Assembly (NCBI GenBank): GCA_000320545.1
Contig: ADNK01000210.1
Coordinates: 1-56,097, forward strand
DNA from: Bigelowiella natans CCMP2755
Taxonomy: Eukaryota; Protista; Cercozoa
Direction of reading: 5' to 3'
Length of the DNA: 56,097 bases
Shown here: one piece after another, positions 49,697 to 56,097 of the stretch
How the letters are laid out: each line of letters opens with the position of its first letter
Position numbering within the stretch: position 1 is the stretch's first letter
Made by a program: the position numbers and the translations under genes
Notes under the pieces: model-generated
Database searches by the model: none
The model's input: only the letters and a program-made list of their open reading frames with translations
What the model was told of the DNA's origin: nothing

Positions 49697-52600
49697 TAAC
49701 AGACAGCGGCGCTACCCATCTCGAAGAGGGGTGAGAAGGGCGTCGATGAGGTCATCCAGAATCAGGTTGTAATTCAGAGATCGCAAGAAGAAGAAGAAGA
49801 AGAAGAAAAGGGAGGAGAGCGATTTTACATGCCGCTGGCCTGGATCCCTGCGATCGATGCTGGCCCTTTCTCCAATCCCGCATGCATGCCTGGAGAGAAA
49901 GAGAGGGGGGGGGAGGAGGATGGCCGCACCGCAGAAGCCATTTCTGATATTTCAGTGATGCCTCCTCCGAAAGATCATCCTGAATGATACGCACGCACGG
50001 TGGTGGGGATAAGTGCCATCGTTCAAAGCAGCAGCGCAACATGAATGTTGTACCAAATGCTTCTCCTCTTCTTCTTCTTCTTCTTCTTCTTCTTCTTCCG
50101 ATCGGTGTCTGATGCAAACAGGCCCGTAACACGCTCCTCAACAACGTGGGCTCGTCCGAGGGCCAAGTGCTCATCCTCGTCACCGGCGATGGCAATCAGA
50201 ACGACGGAAAGGTAGTAAGTTTGGGGGGGGGGTTGGGGGGGCTGCCGTAAGCGCAAAAGTGGTGATAGAAGCCGTAGCACCGATACAGATGTCCGTTGTA
50301 TTTGTGCGTAACTTGTGTAATTATGATTAGAGGGCGAGGGGAGGGGGGGGGATTTTCTGTCGTTTCTCCCTCGGGGAGGGGGAACGTGGGGGGGGAGGGG
50401 GGGTTCTCTTTCCTCATCACCTAGCAGCAGGCAATCTTCATCTGAGAGCCTCGTTTATCATTAATTTTAGTTAGCCATTATCACCACCGCATCATCATCA
50501 TCATCATCATCACCACCACCACCATCATCAACAACAACATCGTCATCATCGTCATCGCACTTTCTCTATCTCTTCGTCGTCTACCTGTCCCTGTGCCCCG
50601 TCGGCGTAGGCCACGTTCCCCGATATCGTCCAGCAGGCACTCATGCAGCCTAACTCCAAATGGTAGAGCATCATCATCATCATTATCATCATCATCATTA
50701 TCATCATCATCATCATCACCATCGTCATCATCATTATCATTGTCATCATCATCATCATCGTCGTCATCATCATCACCATCACCATCATCATCACCATCGC
50801 CATGCATAGTCGTGTATGTGCGGTGTCGTATAAGTGTGTAAGCAAGTGTGTATGAGGGGGGGGGTACTTATCATCACTCTTTTGCTCCTGCCCGCTGCTG
50901 CTCCTCTACTGTCTCTTCCTCCTCCTCTTTCACCAGGACTGTGGAGATATGGTCATGGAAACATGGAACATCAGCAAAGTAGTAGTAGTAGATGTAGTAG
51001 TAGTAGTTACGATTTCTCGTCAGGCTTTTCATCTTCATCTCCTCCTCCTCCTTCTCATTCTCATTCTCTACGGTCAATACTCAGATACAAAAAGTTACAG
51101 GACGAGTATCCTAGCAAGGTGGTGTATGTGTGTGTGTTTGGGGGGGGGGGGGGGGGGAGAGGCATTTTCAGTTGGTTGCTGCAGGAGTACCCTTTTCCCT
51201 CCTTCTCTTCCTCTTCCTCTTCTTCTTCTTCTTCTTCTTCTTCTTCTTCTACTACTACTACTACTGCTGCTGCTACTACTACTACTACCACCCCACATAC
51301 ACGCCGCCGTGTACCGCTTCCTTTGGGAGGGGGGCGGTTAGTAGAGAGTAGCTTATCTCTATGTGCGGGCCTCCTCAAAGGCATGATCACTTCTTATTAC
51401 TATTATTTGCTGCTACTACTACTACTATCAGGTGTCACTGCGGTACTTGGACAAATTCCGACTGATGTTGACGTGGAAATCCAAACCGCTGCAAAACCCG
51501 GCACACATGATGCCCCACGGTCGAGGCCGTGGTAGAGGGCGGGCTGGTCCCGTTGGAGGGAGGGGAGGGGGAGGAGGAAGGGGAGGAAGGGGAAGAGGAG
51601 GAAGAGGAAGAGGAGATCGAGGAAGAGGAGGAAGAGGAAGAGGAGGAAGAGGAAGAGGAGGTCGAATCAGGCAATCCTCCCTCTCCCCCTCCTCACGTAC
51701 TCCCATCTCCCCCCAAGGGAACCGCAGAGCCTCCGCCAGAGGGGGCATGGATGTCGCCGGAGCAGGTGCTCGGCATCAACAACGGCAGCAGCAGCAGCGT
51801 AAGAGCTCCTTCTCAAAATCCCCTGCTCGAAAAAACCGGAGAGCCCCGAGTGCCTTCTCTCAGCAGCAGCAGCACCACCAGCAGCAGCGACGGCGCTCCT
51901 CCTCCTCATCCAAGAGGGGGGGGGCTAGCGGGGGTCGCAGGGCCAGCGGCAGCGGGAACAACATGGACGTTAACGATGAAAAGCAATCGATCCAAAAAGA
52001 GCTGAATAGCAAAACTGTGGAGCAGCTCGAGAGGCTGATAAGCATGAACAGCCGCCTCCTCCTTGAAGGAGGAGGAGGAGGAGGCGGAGGAGGAGGAGGA
52101 GGAGGACTACTGAGGGCAGCTACTATCCTAGGGGGAAAAGACGATAGCGACCGACAAAGGCCAACGGTCGACAAATAATGCAGCAGCAGCAGCAGCAGCA
52201 GCAGCGGCGTCAATCCTCGGAGCAGCAACAGGTCAGGAAGCCTTCGCAGAGGAGAAAGCCTTCACCGTCCTTCGTGCAGAGGAAGAAGTTGGAGCTGATC
52301 AGAGAGCTTATGGGGAATAGGCCGAGCAGCAATGCTCGTGGTCAAGCTGGTGGGGGGGGCGGACGTCGGCATGCTACTCGTGGAGATGAAAGCAGTGATC
52401 GCGGCAACAGCTCAAGCCCAGGCCCGCCTGAATTAAGCGAAGTCTTCTCGGATCCTCCTTCGGTAGAGGGGGGGGGGACGAAGGGGGGGGGGGGGGGGCG
52501 GCGGATGATGATGGGAGATGGTAGGGGCAGCAATACCGATGGGATTCTCACGCCTCGTCGATATCTTGCGTATATTTTTATTTTCTGTGCAGGTGGAGGT

Positions 52601-53126
52601 CAAGGAGGATGATGACGAGGACGAGGGGATATGTCAGATATGTTTCGAGAGCCCAAGCTCAACGAAACTCAATCCGTGCGGACACGCGGTAGCAGCACTG
52701 ACCACTCGTAGTAACAATAGTATCTCTCCTGTTTTCCCCGCCATATTTTGAATGCCGTCAATACCGCCCTCCGGACATGATCTACATCATGGCCGCAGAG
52801 GACGCTATATACGTTTGACTTTCTGTCTAGCGTCACCATTATGATCATCGCCATCGTCATCACCACTACCACATCTACCACCACCATAATCATCATCATC
52901 ATCATCATCATCGTGCGTCTCGTTCGCAACTACTTTGCGAGCAAGCAGCCAGAATACGCTCGAGATGATGTCGGTGTTGGTCCAATTGTTCGACCCCTTC
53001 CCGTTATCACGACGACCTTTGTGTGTATGCATCATGCAGATGATCTGCAGCGAATGCGCGAAAATCTTCGTGGGCAAGCCGTGTCCTTTTTGTCGGGCGC
53101 AGGTCGTGTCAGTTGCGAAAGTTTAG
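45557..53126 (+). CDS. UIM repeats + NYN (PIN-like) ribonuclease domain + RG/RGG region + C-terminal C3HC4 RING
   Basis: UIM-like DDDAELQRVLELS, NLTRALQESK and DEDEILKRVMAQS. NYN motifs VHVFVDNSNI, EKGVDE, LVTGDGN and WTVEIWSW. RGG tract at about 51520-51665. RING: CQICFE..PCGHA|MICSEC..CPFCR. Confidence 0.8.
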
Positions 53127-53244
53127 GGCTGGAAAACGATCGAAGTAATGAGAAATCACAGATCATCATCCGCTCTTGGTCTTATTACCGAGCGATTCGA
53201 ATAGTCTTAATTGATGAAATTTTTTATTTACTAGTCTTTTGACG

Positions 53245-53960
53245 CACATGATCTAGCAGAACATCCACCACAGTTTGAAACAACACGGCCATCATTAGAA
53301 GTCGCAAGGATTCATGGAACACGCTAGCATGAGACGGGTGTAATTAATTGTTAATCTTTTTCAGTGCTAAATTTACATCCTGATGTGGCCATGCAATGAC
53401 GGCAGCTACAGCGCTAAGATTGTGTTTGTTGTTTTGTGGATGAATGTGGCGCGTTGTGACTAGTCGTGACTAGCTAGTAGCTAGCTAGCTAGGCTACCAA
53501 TTCCACATGTAGCATGTCCAGGTGTGCGACGTACAGAATGAACACGGGCCATCAAAAGCTAGTCAGCCTTCAACTTGCATGAGCAGACGCACATGCAAGC
53601 TGCTTTGCAACATGTGTCAGTGCACAGCCATCGCCGCTATACAGCAGGAGGCCTACGTTACAGACCGCCTGCTGCAATGTGACGCGCGTGTACATACGCA
53701 GGCATTCGTTTCCATCAGCGCTGTCATATGTCACCACAGCATGATGCAAGAAAATTCATAAGTACCATGTGTACGTGTAGATGAGCCTGCAGCGCATTAT
53801 TCGCGCGTGCAGACGACACGTTAAGCATTCAGAAATGATAGAAATGCTTTCACAAGCCACGGCAACACTAAAATTGCGAAAACTAACAAAAGCAACTTGA
53901 GCACTTTAGCTTTTAGCCGCAGCTGTGAAAAGATGCATTGTGATGAACTAGCATGACAAT
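53245..53960. other. CA/TG/CTAG-rich tract in a convergent spacer
   Basis: catg/tgca-rich, with a cluster of CTAG/GCTA repeats at 53459-53496. Confidence 0.65.
53330..53390 (-). repeat. Short copy of the repeat module at 20030-20081 / 44065-44130
   Basis: Pattern gagacgg.tgtaat.aat..ttaat.t.tt..ca..catcct.atgt.gc is shared. Confidence 0.6.
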
Positions 53961-54270
53961 TGAAAAAATGCAATGATTTTGCTTCATCACATCCGTCTTA
54001 CATACAGAGCAATTACGTGTCAACTTACTACTTAAATTTACTCAGTGTCAAAGTAAGCAGCAACTATACACAAAGCTGTGTAATAAGAGACGGAAAGCTC
54101 GACGTTGCAGCATCAATACTGCTGAATGTACACAAAAAATCATATGAACATATATACAACATATATATACATGCATGCATGCATGCATGTGTGTGTATGT
54201 GTGTCAGAGCAGAACTCAACGTAGCAGAGGGACACGTATACTACCAACCGACAAAGCTGAAAAGCTCCAT

Positions 54271-55690
54271 TCAATCGACGTTGAGATCTGCGCTTGGTTG
54301 GTACTTGGTGTAGTCGGGCGGTGGTGACGACGGAGATGGCGCGGATGGCTGCTGAAATATGGGCATCTGCTGCTGCTGCTCCTTTTGTTGTTGCTGCTGC
54401 GATGAAGCGGGCCCTACGAATGGAGGCCTGGTAAAGCTTCCAAACAACCGAATGGGGAACCTGAGAGCTGTGGGGGTGTACGTGTATATATCAGGGGCAA
54501 AGCAATAGGAGAAGAACGCAGAGGACGGGCATTCAGCTTCAGGCTGTAATTTGTTTTTCCTTGATCTAAATGATAGTCCAAGGAAAATTTTTGGGAGGGA
54601 GGCTTCTTGAACGTTGTGTTTCACAACTCTCCCTCTCTCTCTCTCTCTCTCTCTTGCTCTCTCTCTCTCTCTCCATCTCTCTCTCCCTCCACACATCCTT
54701 GCATGTGCTCCAGCGCGCATACATTTGTACTATCACACACTGCCACTCTACTTGGGTCCACGGCGTAGGGAATATCTGGAGACACAACCAAGAAGTGCTC
54801 GACCTTTGCGGGGGGGGGGGGACACCAAACAGCAAAAACAACATATTTAACGCTTGCTGGCAATGACGATAGCGGTGCGCGGCCAACACCTCGATTGATA
54901 TCGATTGATTGGAAATGACATGAAATGCATCGGCGATTGTGGCCTCCACAACAACCCGCAAACCGACAGCTGCAAGCAAACACAACGACCAACCGATATC
55001 TGTTGTCCCCTGAACGAAGGGACTGCGTACGGATGGACTCCAAAGGACAGGGCGATATGAGCTTTGGTCTCCGTCTTCCCCGCTTTAGGATTTAGTAATA
55101 CCTTTGGAGCAGCGAGCAGCATAAGAAACACAGTCGCACTATTGAACGGGAGTTTACGTTCATACAGCATAACACACGTCTTGTAAAAATATATATAAAC
55201 ACATCCAGTGTTGATCCCCCCCCCACCTCCCTGTTCCCATCACACATCGCATGGGCTCCTCTTCTTACGTCTTCGTTGTGGTACTTCAGTGTTCCAATTG
55301 TTGAGCGGTGAGATTTGCGCCAAAACCTACCGTGAGAGGATCGACCGATTGATTGATTGATTGGTTGGTTCATTGATCGTACAGATGATAACTTTACACA
55401 TACAAACGCACGATAATGCTAATTTGCCAACGACACCCGTAAACACGCACAAACACACACACACACACACATGCATGCATATATAACGTACGATTATACG
55501 TTGGAGGCAGATGATGATGATGTCGATGACGACGACGATGACGGCGAATAAAGGCGGAGAACGAGTGTTCTAAAGGCGGCTAAGGAGTGCATATGAGACA
55601 GCATCAATATCTACATCCAACCACCTACTTTGCTTCGGCGATAAGAGAGAATCGAACGCCCCGCACAGGTCTGCAACAACATACCAGTAG
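54271..55690 (-). CDS. 3' part of a multi-exon hypothetical protein that probably continues beyond the window
   Basis: Several exon-like segments between microsatellite introns, and a terminal exon ..QQQQKEQQQQMPIF..ADLNVD* ending at 54271. Confidence 0.5.
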
Positions 55691-55871
55691 CCACCACGCC
55701 GTATAAATGTGTATTTATGTGCATAGTATATTATGTGTTTGTGTACGTCCATATCTCTCCCACGCTGGTCCCACATACGCACACGCAAGCACTTAAACGC
55801 TTATGTACTACCGAGTGCTCGTATTCTTCATGTCAAGTACCACTGTGGGATTCAGATTCACCTGAGAGATG

Positions 55872-55909
<38 letters not shown>

Positions 55910-56097
55910 GTAGATGTATGTGTGCGTGTGTATTAACAAGTTTCCATTTTAGAAATCAGACTTGTTCAATTGTTCCCTCCTCTCCCTCCCCCTCCCTCCT
56001 TCACCTCCTTCCCATCATCATCATCATCATCATCGTCTCCTTCTATTTCCATATCGTAGAGGTGAGGTGGTGATACCACCTTCAGAGCAAGCAAATG

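Noticed and set aside
52145-52231. Apparent frameshift or TAATG stop-start overlap between the NYN and RING parts
   Set aside because: A plausible phase-0 GT-AG intron (52167-52231) removes the stop and joins the frames.
1-56097. CRISPR arrays, tRNA/rRNA genes, autonomous transposase or reverse transcriptase ORFs, telomeric repeats
   Set aside because: None was recognisable by eye. Short ncRNAs could have been missed without covariance-model searches.

Overview
This is eukaryotic nuclear DNA with GT-AG introns. A bipartite signal-plus-transit leader suggests an alga with a complex plastid, possibly a chlorarachniophyte (inference). About 16 protein-coding loci are present, in order: STE20-type pseudokinase (-), delta-9 desaturase (+), CaMK-like kinase (-), ERCC1/PTD-like HhH protein (+), disrupted Crinkler/RHS-type NTPase-REase (-), vacuolin-like SPFH protein (+), putative plastid-targeted small protein (-), hypothetical protein (+), phosducin-like protein (-), M16A insulinase (+), C2H2 zinc-finger protein (-), large hypothetical locus (+), OAC1-like mitochondrial carrier (-), purple acid phosphatase (+), UIM-NYN-RGG-RING protein (+) and a partial gene (-). 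The first 14 loci alternate strand strictly. The most striking signal is non-coding: 0.5-1 kb tracts downstream of genes, mostly in convergent spacers, are depleted of TpA except in CTAG and are rich in CA/TG/CATG. They contain copies of a dispersed repeat whose aligned positions read TA, CA and TG in different copies. This suggests a repeat-associated, two-stranded A:T->G:C mutagenesis at TpA, the reverse of fungal RIP. All exon models, alignments and counts were done by hand, and product names come from remembered motifs, not database searches.
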